A stretch of 56,029 bases of DNA from Fidelibacterota bacterium (lineage in GTDB: Bacteria > Fidelibacterota > UBA8477). The notes beneath the pieces are model-generated. The model searched no databases and was not told the origin of the DNA. It saw nothing but the letters and a program-made list of their open reading frames with translations. How positions within the stretch are numbered: the stretch's first letter is position 1; the number at the start of each line of letters is the position of its first letter. A program made the position numbers and the translations under genes. The DNA is taken from positions 1-56,029 of the forward strand of contig JAIPJR010000003.1 in NCBI GenBank assembly GCA_021734045.1. Reading direction: 5' to 3'. Positions 9,339 to 18,518 of the stretch are shown here, one piece after another.

Positions 9339-10100
9339 ATGAAGTGGATGCGACGAATTTTCATATTAATCGGGGTATTAACGCTTATCCATCAGTACAT
9401 CTGGTATCAGCGCACACCCAAAATCCCTGCTGAACTGATAGCACCTGAGAAAATGACCGTCTGGGCGAATTCGGGTGGCTTACCATTGACAGATACAACC
9501 CTTCTGGCCTCCATTGAAACGCTGAAAAAGCAGTATGGCGCTCGGCATATTCAATTAAATGTCTTCTATCAGGAGGATAAATGGTACGCATCGAGAGCAC
9601 CAAAAATTACCCTGAATGAAGTAATTTCCACTTTTCCTTTTCTCAATTACTGGCTCGCGCTTGCTGCTGATGACACCATCGGGGTGAAAGCACTGGCAGG
9701 TTTGATCCGGTCTCGGGAGCTGGAGCGGCAGATCGTGTTTTCAAGCAACAATGTAGCGATTCTGCACTATTTGCAGAATGTGCTACCCCGGATTCCCCAG
9801 ATTATACCTCCTGAAGAATTAGAGCGTTTCATGACCTACAGAAAATGGCTGTTGCTACCCTTTTTCCATACAGCTTATGATGTCGCGTTAGTACCGCTGG
9901 ATACGACGCTTGAACAGGGGTACCTCAAACCCAAATTCATCCGTGCGCTGGGACATCTGGGGATTCCGGTGTGGGTGGACAGTGTTGAAAACCTGAGTCA
10001 GGTTTTGTGGTTGGCTGACCGGAAAGTGAAATCTGTTCGGATGGATCGGGTTGATTTGGCCTTGCTACCGAGAGCAACGCTTCAGCCATCATTGGAATAA
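9339..10100 (+). CDS. Membrane-anchored GDPD-like (glycerophosphodiester phosphodiesterase fold) protein, catalytically degenerate
   Basis: N-terminal TM segment; GDPD-like pattern (IVFSS, GIPVWV, VKSVRMDR). The usual AHRG motif reads ANSG. Confidence 0.5.
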   Translation: MKWMRRIFILIGVLTLIHQYIWYQRTPKIPAELIAPEKMTVWANSGGLPLTDTTLLASIETLKKQYGARHIQLNVFYQEDKWYASRAPKITLNEVISTFPFLNYWLALAADDTIGVKALAGLIRSRELERQIVFSSNNVAILHYLQNVLPRIPQIIPPEELERFMTYRKWLLLPFFHTAYDVALVPLDTTLEQGYLKPKFIRALGHLGIPVWVDSVENLSQVLWLADRKVKSVRMDRVDLALLPRATLQPSLE

Positions 10101-10217
10101 AATCAAAGTCTGAATCAATTCAATTGAGTTGCGATAATTAGTCGGGGACGATGCAACGCCTGATTGACCGTCGCCACTAACCGTGCTCATCCGTGCTGAA
10201 AATTTGGTACGAGCCAT

Positions 10218-10249
10218 AAAAAAACCGCCCCGGTAAAGGGGCGGTTTTT
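10218..10249. terminator. Bidirectional intrinsic terminator
   Basis: AAAAAAACCGCCCC-GGTAAA-GGGGCGGTTTTT lies between two convergent genes. Confidence 0.9.
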
Positions 10250-10314
10250 GTGATCGTCTCGATTGAATCGTAAATCGTTAAATAGCCTGCGATTTACGCA
10301 AAATCGATATTGCT

Positions 10315-11373
10315 TTATTCGTTATTCAGAGCAGTAATTGTGCTGCTCAAAATGTAACGAACATACGCGGGATTATGTACACCCAGACTGCGATCTTCGG
10401 TCAGCGCCTTGTAGTTCAAGACGGCGCCGGCGACCACAGCACTATAGGTGCCGGGAACCGAACTGTCACTACCCGGGGCAGTGGCACCGGTAGCATCCAG
10501 CAGGGTTTTCAGTGAATCCAGTTGTCCCTGAATTTCAGCATCCAGATCATCCATCTTGGTTTCTGCTTCATCAGCCGTATGACAATCCACACAACCGGCT
10601 GTGTTCAGGACCAATGAACCGTGATAATCATAACCCATTTTCATGGTATGACCACCGGCCTGGACACCGTAGGGTTCTGCCATATGACAGGTAACACAAG
10701 CGTCCTCGATAAGTCCGGCATGCGTAAAAGCACCATTGCCTGAATAACCAGATCCGGCATCAAACAAACCTTCACCAGCAAACACGTTGGCTTGTGGTCC
10801 ATGATGCAGGCCATATCGGGAACTGGTGATGGCAATATCAGCACCACCGGCAACCGGCCATGGATCAACCGTACGACCCTGGTGACAGCTGGCACATACA
10901 CTAGCCTTACCAAAATCATAGGTTTCAGACACATTCATCAGCTCAATCGCACCACTCACGGTAAGTGCGTAGTCGTCATCTGTATAACTGTCATGAATAT
11001 TATGACAGGTATAGCAGTTCGGTGGTGCAGGATTGCTGATCATTGCGCCATCGGCTGTGGCATCGTACGATCCGTCCAGATTACCCAAGAAACCCTGACT
11101 GGTGTGGCAAACCGCACAGTCACCGGAATTTCTTTCGAAATTTCCCCCGGTTGCGTGTGTGGAAGCCGCCCACTGGATTTCACGGGCAAACATGGCCTGG
11201 CTGTTGTCATGACATTCGGTACAGGTGGCATTGGCGTCAACGCCATCTGTGCCATCCTGCCCATCTGCTCCCGGAGGTCCGGCCGGACCTTCACAGGAGA
11301 CAGCAAACATCATCAACAAAGCCAGTGAAAAGACGAGCAACACGCTTTTCTTGACATTGTCCCTTAATACCAT
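10315..11373 (-). CDS. Hexaheme cytochrome c lipoprotein with collagen-like linker
   Basis: Lipobox FAVSC, then GPAGPPGADGQDGTDG. Six CxxCH motifs: CTECH, CAVCH, CYTCH, CASCH, CVTCH, CVDCH. SD GAGGAG. Confidence 0.9.
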   Translation of the reverse strand: MVLRDNVKKSVLLVFSLALLMMFAVSCEGPAGPPGADGQDGTDGVDANATCTECHDNSQAMFAREIQWAASTHATGGNFERNSGDCAVCHTSQGFLGNLDGSYDATADGAMISNPAPPNCYTCHNIHDSYTDDDYALTVSGAIELMNVSETYDFGKASVCASCHQGRTVDPWPVAGGADIAITSSRYGLHHGPQANVFAGEGLFDAGSGYSGNGAFTHAGLIEDACVTCHMAEPYGVQAGGHTMKMGYDYHGSLVLNTAGCVDCHTADEAETKMDDLDAEIQGQLDSLKTLLDATGATAPGSDSSVPGTYSAVVAGAVLNYKALTEDRSLGVHNPAYVRYILSSTITALNNE

Positions 11374-11637
11374 TTTGACTCTCCTCTGTTCTTTGAAGGT
11401 TTATGCTTCAATACTTTTCGTCTCGTGATTCCCCTCGGCATGATTCTTTTTCAGAAAGTTAATAACTTTCACACCGGATAGCTCCGTTTTTTCTCAAAGA
11501 TCATGCGCGAAAGATCACTTCGTATCTTAAGATGGCACTCTCCCCGCCATCCAAAGACAGCGGAAGTCAGAAATGCGTCGCAGAATTTTCCCATAAACCC
11601 TCTATATAGAATTTCATTCTGCATGGTCGGATTAACG

Positions 11638-11653
11638 GCAACATTAATGCCAA
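11638..11653 (-). promoter_or_regulatory. Candidate sigma54 (-24/-12) promoter for the cytochrome gene
   Basis: The minus strand reads TTGGCATTAATGTTGC, with the exact GG-N10-GC spacing of the RpoN consensus. Confidence 0.55.
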
Positions 11654-12069
11654 CAGCTATTACAATTCACATCAATTTCCAGACACAGCTATTCAATCGC
11701 AGCTAATTCCATTATTAATTCATGCCTGACACACACTTTCCTGCCAATCGCGAATCCATAGTAAAACTAAGTAGTTACTGCGCCACATTTTCCATGTGAA
11801 TCCCCCCAGAAAAGCAGGCTGGAATTTAGATTTCCATCATTTTGTCAAGGAGCACCGGCGTCCACCTACCGGGATTGGAATTACCCCATTTCTCACTTTT
11901 CACAATTCCATCCTACAAGATTTAGGAATGGAATTTTTCCAATGTCCCGGGATTTCAATTGATCAAAAGTTAGCTATCCCGGACAGGGACAACAATCGAT
12001 AATTCCGACCGTTATTATCGGGTTCCTATTAGGTACGACAAAGGATACCTGTGGATATTTTTCAGCGGT

Positions 12070-13719
12070 TTATTTCAGTTGATATATCTTGCTGGTGTAG
12101 TCGTCCAACATCCGCCTGGCAGTGAAATTCACGCCGGTTTTAATCGCTTCCCGCATAATCTGCAGCCAAGCGGGACGATCATCGTAAAATGTGGGGATGA
12201 CCTGTTCTGCCAACACTCGGTAAAGCGCATTAGCATCTGAGCGGTCACTGGGGACAGCCGGTTCACCAAAAGCCCAGCCGTTTTCGCCATCGCGACACCC
12301 TTCGTTCCACCAGCCGTCCAAAACGGAGAGACTGGGTACGCCATTCAGTGCGGCTTTCATACCACTGGTACCACTGGCTTCGTTGGGACGTAATGGCGTA
12401 TTCAGCCACACATCCACCCCGGCAGTGATGAGTCGTCCCAGCCACATGTTGTAATTCTCCAGGAAAACCACATTGACCCGACCATTGAGATCGCGGATAT
12501 GCCGGTACAGCTCCTGAATCACATCCTTGCCATGCTCGTCACGGGGGTGGGCTTTGCCGGAAAAGACAAACTGCACCCGACCCTCACAGATTTCGCTTAA
12601 CCGCTCCAAATCGTAAAAGAGCAAATTTGCCCGTTTATAAGTTGCCGCCCGGCGCGCAAACCCAATGGTGAGCAGGTTTGGTGAAAGACCTTTTTGGGTC
12701 ATGGCATTGGAATAATCCAACAGGTTAATTTTATTCTCCAGGTGGGCATCCCAGAGCGCATCATCTGGCACCTCGTTAATTTTCAATAATTCTACTGGTT
12801 CCTGCACCCAGCCGGGCATTTGTTTGTCAAATAAGTGCTGTGTCTCTCGGGCGGTCCAACTTAAATGGTGCACGCCATTGGTAACATCGCTGACCGCGTA
12901 TTGCGGGTACATCTTCCGGGCAACCTCGCCATGAAGCTGAGAAACCGCATTCACCGAACGACTCAGGTTTAAAGCCAGATGGGTCATGGATAACTTGCCA
13001 TGATTATCTGCTAACTCCCGGATGTTCTCCGGTGCGTATTCACCCAAAGCCGGCAATGCACTTTCGTAGGAAAATTCATCATGGCCGGCAGGAACCGGTG
13101 TATGGGTTGTAAAAACACACTGCTGCTGAACCTGCTTCACATTACCACCGGCAGATTTTAGCAGATCCAGCGTAAGAAATGCCGTGTGACCTTCGTTCAT
13201 ATGGTAAACCTGAATGGACTTCTGGTACCCCATCGCCCGAAGTGCCGCCATCCCACCCAGTCCCATAGCCATTTCCTGGTACAATCGGTGTTGATTATCT
13301 CCGGCATACAGACGGTAGCACAGCCGGCGATATTCCGGTGCATTTTCCGGCACATCCGAATCCAGAAATAAAATCGGAACCCGGTAACCACCGGCGCCCT
13401 CTACCCAGTATTGCCAAACAGCCAGATGAATGGTGTGGCTGTTGATGTGAAAAGAGACTTTTATATCCAATTTTTCTAGTAACCAGGAGGGATTGAAGGG
13501 CGGGTATTCTTCGGTCTGCTTCCCTACAGCATCCACATGTTGATTCATATAGCCTTCACGATAAAGCAGCGTGACGCCTACCAACGGTAATCCCGCATCA
13601 GCGGCTGCTTTCACATGATCGCCGGCCAGCACTCCCAAACCACCCGAATAGGACGGTATGCTGGGGGAAACACCAATCTCTGCACTAAAATAGCCCACGC
13701 GGGGTTCAAATTTAATCAC
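12070..13719 (-). CDS. glgP: Alpha-glucan (glycogen/maltodextrin) phosphorylase, compact form
   Basis: YSGGLGVLAGD, HMNEGH, FTTHTPVPAGHD, GFARRAATYKR and the PLP-lysine motif EASGTSGMK. GTG 13719 follows AAGGAG. Confidence 0.93.
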   Translation of the reverse strand: MIKFEPRVGYFSAEIGVSPSIPSYSGGLGVLAGDHVKAAADAGLPLVGVTLLYREGYMNQHVDAVGKQTEEYPPFNPSWLLEKLDIKVSFHINSHTIHLAVWQYWVEGAGGYRVPILFLDSDVPENAPEYRRLCYRLYAGDNQHRLYQEMAMGLGGMAALRAMGYQKSIQVYHMNEGHTAFLTLDLLKSAGGNVKQVQQQCVFTTHTPVPAGHDEFSYESALPALGEYAPENIRELADNHGKLSMTHLALNLSRSVNAVSQLHGEVARKMYPQYAVSDVTNGVHHLSWTARETQHLFDKQMPGWVQEPVELLKINEVPDDALWDAHLENKINLLDYSNAMTQKGLSPNLLTIGFARRAATYKRANLLFYDLERLSEICEGRVQFVFSGKAHPRDEHGKDVIQELYRHIRDLNGRVNVVFLENYNMWLGRLITAGVDVWLNTPLRPNEASGTSGMKAALNGVPSLSVLDGWWNEGCRDGENGWAFGEPAVPSDRSDANALYRVLAEQVIPTFYDDRPAWLQIMREAIKTGVNFTARRMLDDYTSKIYQLK

Positions 13720-13789
13720 GCTCAACGACTCCTTTTTATCCAAAGGCCAAACAACGGTTTTTGTTTCACATCCTGACACCTGAAATCTG

Positions 13790-15883
13790 TTACGAATTCA
13801 GAGGTGTCTCCACAGTGAGTGAAAATGAAATTTTCTGCGACTTCCCGGGTGCCAAATCAAAATGCCACAGGGGCAATACACCGGACGCCTGATACACACG
13901 CTCAAAACCCGCTTCCGACATGGAAACAGTCTCAACTGGCGCTCGCCACAGCCGCACCGGATCTAAAAATTCCAGCGCAATCGCGAAATTATCCCACTCG
14001 CTGGCTACACGAACTTCACGAACGCCTTCATTTTCAGCTTTGGTGTTTAGCGTACACCGGGTATCGGCATCACCATTGAGCTCATAATACCTATCCGGAC
14101 TATTACCGCCCAGTAGTCCAAAATTGAACTCATTTCCGTAAAATCCACGGATGGCATGTTCCGAAGTGTTTTTAATGGCAATTTCGAAGCGGAGTCCCTG
14201 GTCCGACATGGTCACCGTTTTCTGCAAGGTCACCGGCAACTTCCAGATAAACCCTGTAGCTGTAAGCCGGATGCCGTCTTTAATGCGATCTACGTGGAAG
14301 CGGGTATTGAGGAAACTGCCACCTTCCACCGTCTCTGACCGGAAATAGCGTTCCAACGATTCATCCTCACCAAAAAAATGGTCAATCCAACTCATGCGCG
14401 GGTATTTATCGATAAACAGGGCATCCTGGAGGTTTTCCTCCTTTGCCAGAACCAGATCATGAATGGAGCCACCAGCGTTTGCAGCAGTGGTAGCTTGCGA
14501 CAATTTGTGGTGATAACTCTCGGAATACCGCGTAAGGGTATTCAATACATTGAAATGGACCGGTACCACATCCAGCTCCTGGATCGCGGCACCATTCTCA
14601 CGGATGAAAACCTGCAACATTGTATTACGAAGTTGATATTCCGGCAGACCATCCTTATCAATATCCACGATTCGCATGGGTTCGTGGGATACTTTATTCA
14701 GGGCTTGTTCCGCTTTCAACAAATGCTCAAAAATTGCGTGACGCAGGTGTGGCAGGTACAATCCACCAAATACACCATGCCAGAATCCGCAATTGCATTC
14801 TGCCCGGTAGAGATCGTCCTTCACTTCGGACGGCAGTGGTCCCACCATTGACGTTTCCAGGTTGGTAATGCGATCCGACAGATCCTGGACACGTTTCTGC
14901 ATCCAGTTGGATTCGGTGTATTTTGAGAGGAAATTCCGCCAAATCCCACCCTTCACGAATGGCCGAGCGAATTCCTCCTCACCGGCATTATGTAGCTGGT
15001 GGACAAACTTTTCCAAATCCTGCCCCAGACTGGTGGGCAGCGTCCACTGGGACATCTCAAAATAGGAAGCCGTTGGTAAATAAATCAATCCCCGGGGCTG
15101 ATGGGTGGTGTAATACGATTTAAAGGTCGTGGTGTGGAGCCAGTCCTGGTTTTCAGTCAGCAGCGTGAAAAAGCGTTGCAGCCATTTCTCTTCATACACG
15201 GTTGTGTAAGTGCCTGGCCAAATGCCGAATTTTTCACCATCATCGGCCATCACCACCACATGTTGACCATCTTCAGTGGCCTTCTCCCGTAAAATATCAA
15301 TGGTTTTCTGGGGGTCATCGAAGGGCATGGCGTAGCGTAATTGCTGAGAAATGGGAAAAACACCCAGCGTCTGCCCCTCATCTTCGGTATTGAAATAACC
15401 GGTAAGCGCTTCCGGGCGTAGGCCGGCCGACAGAAAATGATAGTCGTCCAGAACAATGTAATCCAATCCGGACTGGGCGATGGGTGATACCAGATGGGGC
15501 TCCCAAACACGCTCCGTTAACCAGCTACCCCGGGCGTCATAATTAAACCGCTTTTTTAAATAGCGATTCATTTTACGCAACTGTCCCAGCTTGTCCCGAT
15601 TGGGAATCATGGTGAGAATCGGCTCATAAAAACCAGCAGACAGCAATTCCACAGATCCACGCCTCACCAATGTATCCAGCAGTTCTAAAACCTCTGGCCG
15701 GTTTCCCTCCAGCCATTCAATCAGCGATCCACTGAAATGGAAACTCATCTGGAGCGTGGGGAACTGTTCCAGCGTCTCAAGAAATGGCTGGTACGCCCGG
15801 TCGCAGGCGTCGTGCATGACCGCATCAAAATTGCCTACGGGCTGGTGATTATGAATACCAAAAATAAATTGAATAGATTTCAC
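13790..15883 (-). CDS. GH57 alpha-amylase/4-alpha-glucanotransferase
   Basis: HNHQPVGN, WLTERVWEP, DDGEKFG, AECNCGFWHGVFGGLYLPHLR; C-terminal SEAGFERVYQ. Confidence 0.92.
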   Translation of the reverse strand: MKSIQFIFGIHNHQPVGNFDAVMHDACDRAYQPFLETLEQFPTLQMSFHFSGSLIEWLEGNRPEVLELLDTLVRRGSVELLSAGFYEPILTMIPNRDKLGQLRKMNRYLKKRFNYDARGSWLTERVWEPHLVSPIAQSGLDYIVLDDYHFLSAGLRPEALTGYFNTEDEGQTLGVFPISQQLRYAMPFDDPQKTIDILREKATEDGQHVVVMADDGEKFGIWPGTYTTVYEEKWLQRFFTLLTENQDWLHTTTFKSYYTTHQPRGLIYLPTASYFEMSQWTLPTSLGQDLEKFVHQLHNAGEEEFARPFVKGGIWRNFLSKYTESNWMQKRVQDLSDRITNLETSMVGPLPSEVKDDLYRAECNCGFWHGVFGGLYLPHLRHAIFEHLLKAEQALNKVSHEPMRIVDIDKDGLPEYQLRNTMLQVFIRENGAAIQELDVVPVHFNVLNTLTRYSESYHHKLSQATTAANAGGSIHDLVLAKEENLQDALFIDKYPRMSWIDHFFGEDESLERYFRSETVEGGSFLNTRFHVDRIKDGIRLTATGFIWKLPVTLQKTVTMSDQGLRFEIAIKNTSEHAIRGFYGNEFNFGLLGGNSPDRYYELNGDADTRCTLNTKAENEGVREVRVASEWDNFAIALEFLDPVRLWRAPVETVSMSEAGFERVYQASGVLPLWHFDLAPGKSQKISFSLTVETPLNS

Positions 15884-15939
15884 AAATTTTCTTTCTACAA
15901 CACATCATCTTTAATGATGGCGTTTAATTGAACAGCGGT

Positions 15940-17364
15940 TCAGGTAACCGGATCGACGACCTGGATTTTTAACATATTGGTGGTGCCTGACTGCCCGATG
16001 GGAATCCCGGCTGACAGGACGAATCGGTCGCCAGCTGCTACTGCTTGCAGCGCAGTTAATTTCTCCGTCGCCAGAGCCAGCATCTCATCCGTATTTGCAT
16101 AAGGCTGCACCACGATAGGCTGGACACCCCAGGTCAGTTTTAACTGGCGGGCCACCGGTAGAAACGGTGTCAGTGAATAAATCGTGGCAAAGGGTCGGTA
16201 TTTGGAAACGGCCCGGGCTGTGGCACCCGAATGGGTCATGGTGACAATCACCCGGATATCCAACAGATTGGCAATATTTCCGGATGCGTGGGCAATGGCA
16301 TCCGACTCTGTGTGTTGGGGAATGACCACGGCCATGCGAGGATCCACTTTGGGGTCAATTTCAACTTCGGAAATAATTCGATCCATCTGCTGAACAGTCT
16401 CCACCGGGAATTTGCCAATCGCTGTTTCGCCCGTCAGGAGCAGCGCATCCGTGCCATCGTAAACCGCATTGGCCACGTCGGTTACTTCCGCACGGGTTGG
16501 ATAGGGATTTTCCTGCATGGTAGAGAGCAGCTGAGTCGCGATAACCACGGTTTTCCCCGCCATATTGGCCGTGCGAATAATTCGTTTCTGAATGGCCGGT
16601 AATTGTTCCAGTGGAACTTCTACCCCCAGATCACCACGAGCCACCATCACCCCATCGAATGCCTGAACAATTTCATCCAGGGCGTCCAGCGCTTCCGGTT
16701 TCTCGATCTTGGCCAGTATGGGAATATATTTCTGGTGCTGGTTCATGATGCGTTGCAGGGGCTCAATGTCATCCGCATGACGAACGAAGGAAAGCGCGAC
16801 CCAGTCCACATTTTTTTCCAGTGCGAACTCAAAATCGGCCACATCTTTGGCTGTAATAGCCGGGACGTCTAAATCAATGTTGATGAAATTAACACCTTTA
16901 CGGGGTTTCAAGAATCCGCCCCGCTTCACCCTGACCTCCAACAACTCGTTGGAAATAGAGGCAATCACGTCCAGTAAAATCCGGCCATCGTCCGCGGAAA
17001 TGCGAGCACCCTCTTTCACGCCCCGAAACTTGAATTCACCGGTGAGCGGAATCCCTTCCGTTGGCGCGACTGCACCTGCACACCCCAATAAAACGGCAGC
17101 ACCATCGGTCAACTCCCAGCCATCCGCAAAATCCACCGTACGGATTTTCGGCCCGGCCAAGTCTACCAGAATCGCCGGTCCTACCCCCTCATTTTGAGAC
17201 TCCCAATCTCGGATCCGCTTCAAAATATTATCATAATAGGTGTGATTTTGCTGCGACATGTTAAATCGCACCGCATCCAGACCGGTTGCCAGTAAATCGT
17301 TGAGGCCTGCTTCGCTATCCGAAGCAGGCCCCACTGTTGCAACGATTTTGGTTTTCCGCACCAT
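15940..17364 (-). CDS. pyk: Pyruvate kinase
   Basis: TKIVATVGP, DLAGPKIR, AKIEK, VMVARGDLGVE, PTRAEVTDVANAVYDG. Confidence 0.93.
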   Translation of the reverse strand: MVRKTKIVATVGPASDSEAGLNDLLATGLDAVRFNMSQQNHTYYDNILKRIRDWESQNEGVGPAILVDLAGPKIRTVDFADGWELTDGAAVLLGCAGAVAPTEGIPLTGEFKFRGVKEGARISADDGRILLDVIASISNELLEVRVKRGGFLKPRKGVNFINIDLDVPAITAKDVADFEFALEKNVDWVALSFVRHADDIEPLQRIMNQHQKYIPILAKIEKPEALDALDEIVQAFDGVMVARGDLGVEVPLEQLPAIQKRIIRTANMAGKTVVIATQLLSTMQENPYPTRAEVTDVANAVYDGTDALLLTGETAIGKFPVETVQQMDRIISEVEIDPKVDPRMAVVIPQHTESDAIAHASGNIANLLDIRVIVTMTHSGATARAVSKYRPFATIYSLTPFLPVARQLKLTWGVQPIVVQPYANTDEMLALATEKLTALQAVAAGDRFVLSAGIPIGQSGTTNMLKIQVVDPVT

Positions 17365-17392
17365 TTTATTGAATCACCTGATTGGGTATCCC

Positions 17393-18388
17393 TCAGGCAA
17401 TTTTTAACAACAGATCGAGTACACGGTTGGAGTACCCGGTTTCGTTATCATACCAACCAGAGATTTTCAGGAAATTCCCGTCCACCACATTGGTGAGTCC
17501 GCTGTCAAAAATAACGCTATGGCGATTGCCAACAATGTCAATGGATACCAACGGATCGGTGGTGTACTCCATGATGCCCTTCAGGTAGGTTTCTGAGGCT
17601 TTTTTCATGGCGGCATTCACCGCTTCAACCGTGACATCCTGTTTCAGTTGTAATGCCAGCTCGGTAATAGAACCATCCGGTACGGGCACCCGGTGGGCAA
17701 CACCATCCAGCTTGCCCTTCATTTGGGGAATGATTTTCCCAATGGCTTTGGCGGCTCCGGTTGAGGTGGGGATGACAGAGTACGCTGCCGCACGAGCTCG
17801 CCGGGGATCCGAATGCGGGTAATCCAGCAGACGCTGGTCCAGGGTGTAGGCATGAATGGTCAGCAGGAATCCATGCTCAATCCCAAAATTATCCTCGATA
17901 ACCTTCACCATGGGAGCGGCACAATTTGTGGTGCAACTGGCATTGGAAACCAGTTTGTGCTCCGGCCGAAGGACCTCGTCATTGACACCCAGCACAATCG
18001 AAGCGTCCAGCTCATCTTTGGCCGGGACGGTGAGAATGACTTTTTTCGCACCCGCTTGTAAATGCTTTTCAATCTGCTCCCGTTTCCGGAATGCGCCGGT
18101 GGATTCAATCACCACATCAACGCCCAGGTCTTTCCAGGGCAATGCGGCTGGATCCCGTTCCGAGAAAACTTGAATTTTTTTACCCCCAATTGAAATGAAA
18201 CCGTCTGCATAGCTCACCTCTCCCGGAAAAGCGCCATGCACCGAATCATATTTCAACACCGGTGTTATGGTGGCGGGATCAGCCAGTTCGTTGATGGCTA
18301 CAAATTCAATATCATCTTTGCGCAGAAGTGCTTCACGGAGGACTGTGCGCCCGATTCTTCCGAATCCGTTAATCGCGACTTTTGTCAT
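17393..18388 (-). CDS. gap: Type I glyceraldehyde-3-phosphate dehydrogenase
   Basis: INGFGRIGR, SNASCTTNC, HAYT-DQ, PTSTGAAKA, WYDNE. Confidence 0.96.
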   Translation of the reverse strand: MTKVAINGFGRIGRTVLREALLRKDDIEFVAINELADPATITPVLKYDSVHGAFPGEVSYADGFISIGGKKIQVFSERDPAALPWKDLGVDVVIESTGAFRKREQIEKHLQAGAKKVILTVPAKDELDASIVLGVNDEVLRPEHKLVSNASCTTNCAAPMVKVIEDNFGIEHGFLLTIHAYTLDQRLLDYPHSDPRRARAAAYSVIPTSTGAAKAIGKIIPQMKGKLDGVAHRVPVPDGSITELALQLKQDVTVEAVNAAMKKASETYLKGIMEYTTDPLVSIDIVGNRHSVIFDSGLTNVVDGNFLKISGWYDNETGYSNRVLDLLLKIA

Positions 18389-18410
18389 AAAAACCTCCTC
18401 TTAATCAAAT

Positions 18411-18432
18411 AGTCACTCGTTTATGAGTTACT
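18411..18432. promoter_or_regulatory. Candidate TrmB operator at the gap promoter
   Basis: Imperfect palindrome AGTCACTC-N6-GAGTTACT immediately downstream of the gap -10 box. It matches the site upstream of trmB. Confidence 0.7.
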
Positions 18433-18434
18433 GA

Positions 18435-18463
18435 AAGATAGTGTGTACATTTTCACCAGTCAA
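18435..18463 (-). promoter_or_regulatory. sigma70-type promoter of gap
   Basis: The minus strand reads TTGACT-N17-TATCTT. Confidence 0.7.
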
Positions 18464-18518
18464 GCAGATTGTAAAATGTCCTTACTATCTTAAGCATTTT
18501 CGTCCACAATGGCGAATA

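Noticed and set aside
10315-11373. NrfA nitrite reductase
   Set aside because: It has six CxxCH motifs, no CxxCK active-site heme and no nrfH or nrfBCD neighbours.
11374-11630. Riboswitch in the cytochrome leader
   Set aside because: I could not recognise the conserved core of any known riboswitch class by eye. An Rfam search is needed.
17393-18388. Erythrose-4-phosphate dehydrogenase (Epd), suggested by AINELAD
   Set aside because: The substrate loop is GAPDH-type (HAYTLDQ...RRARAA, not HSAMxDQ...RRTRAA) and the gene is linked to pyk.
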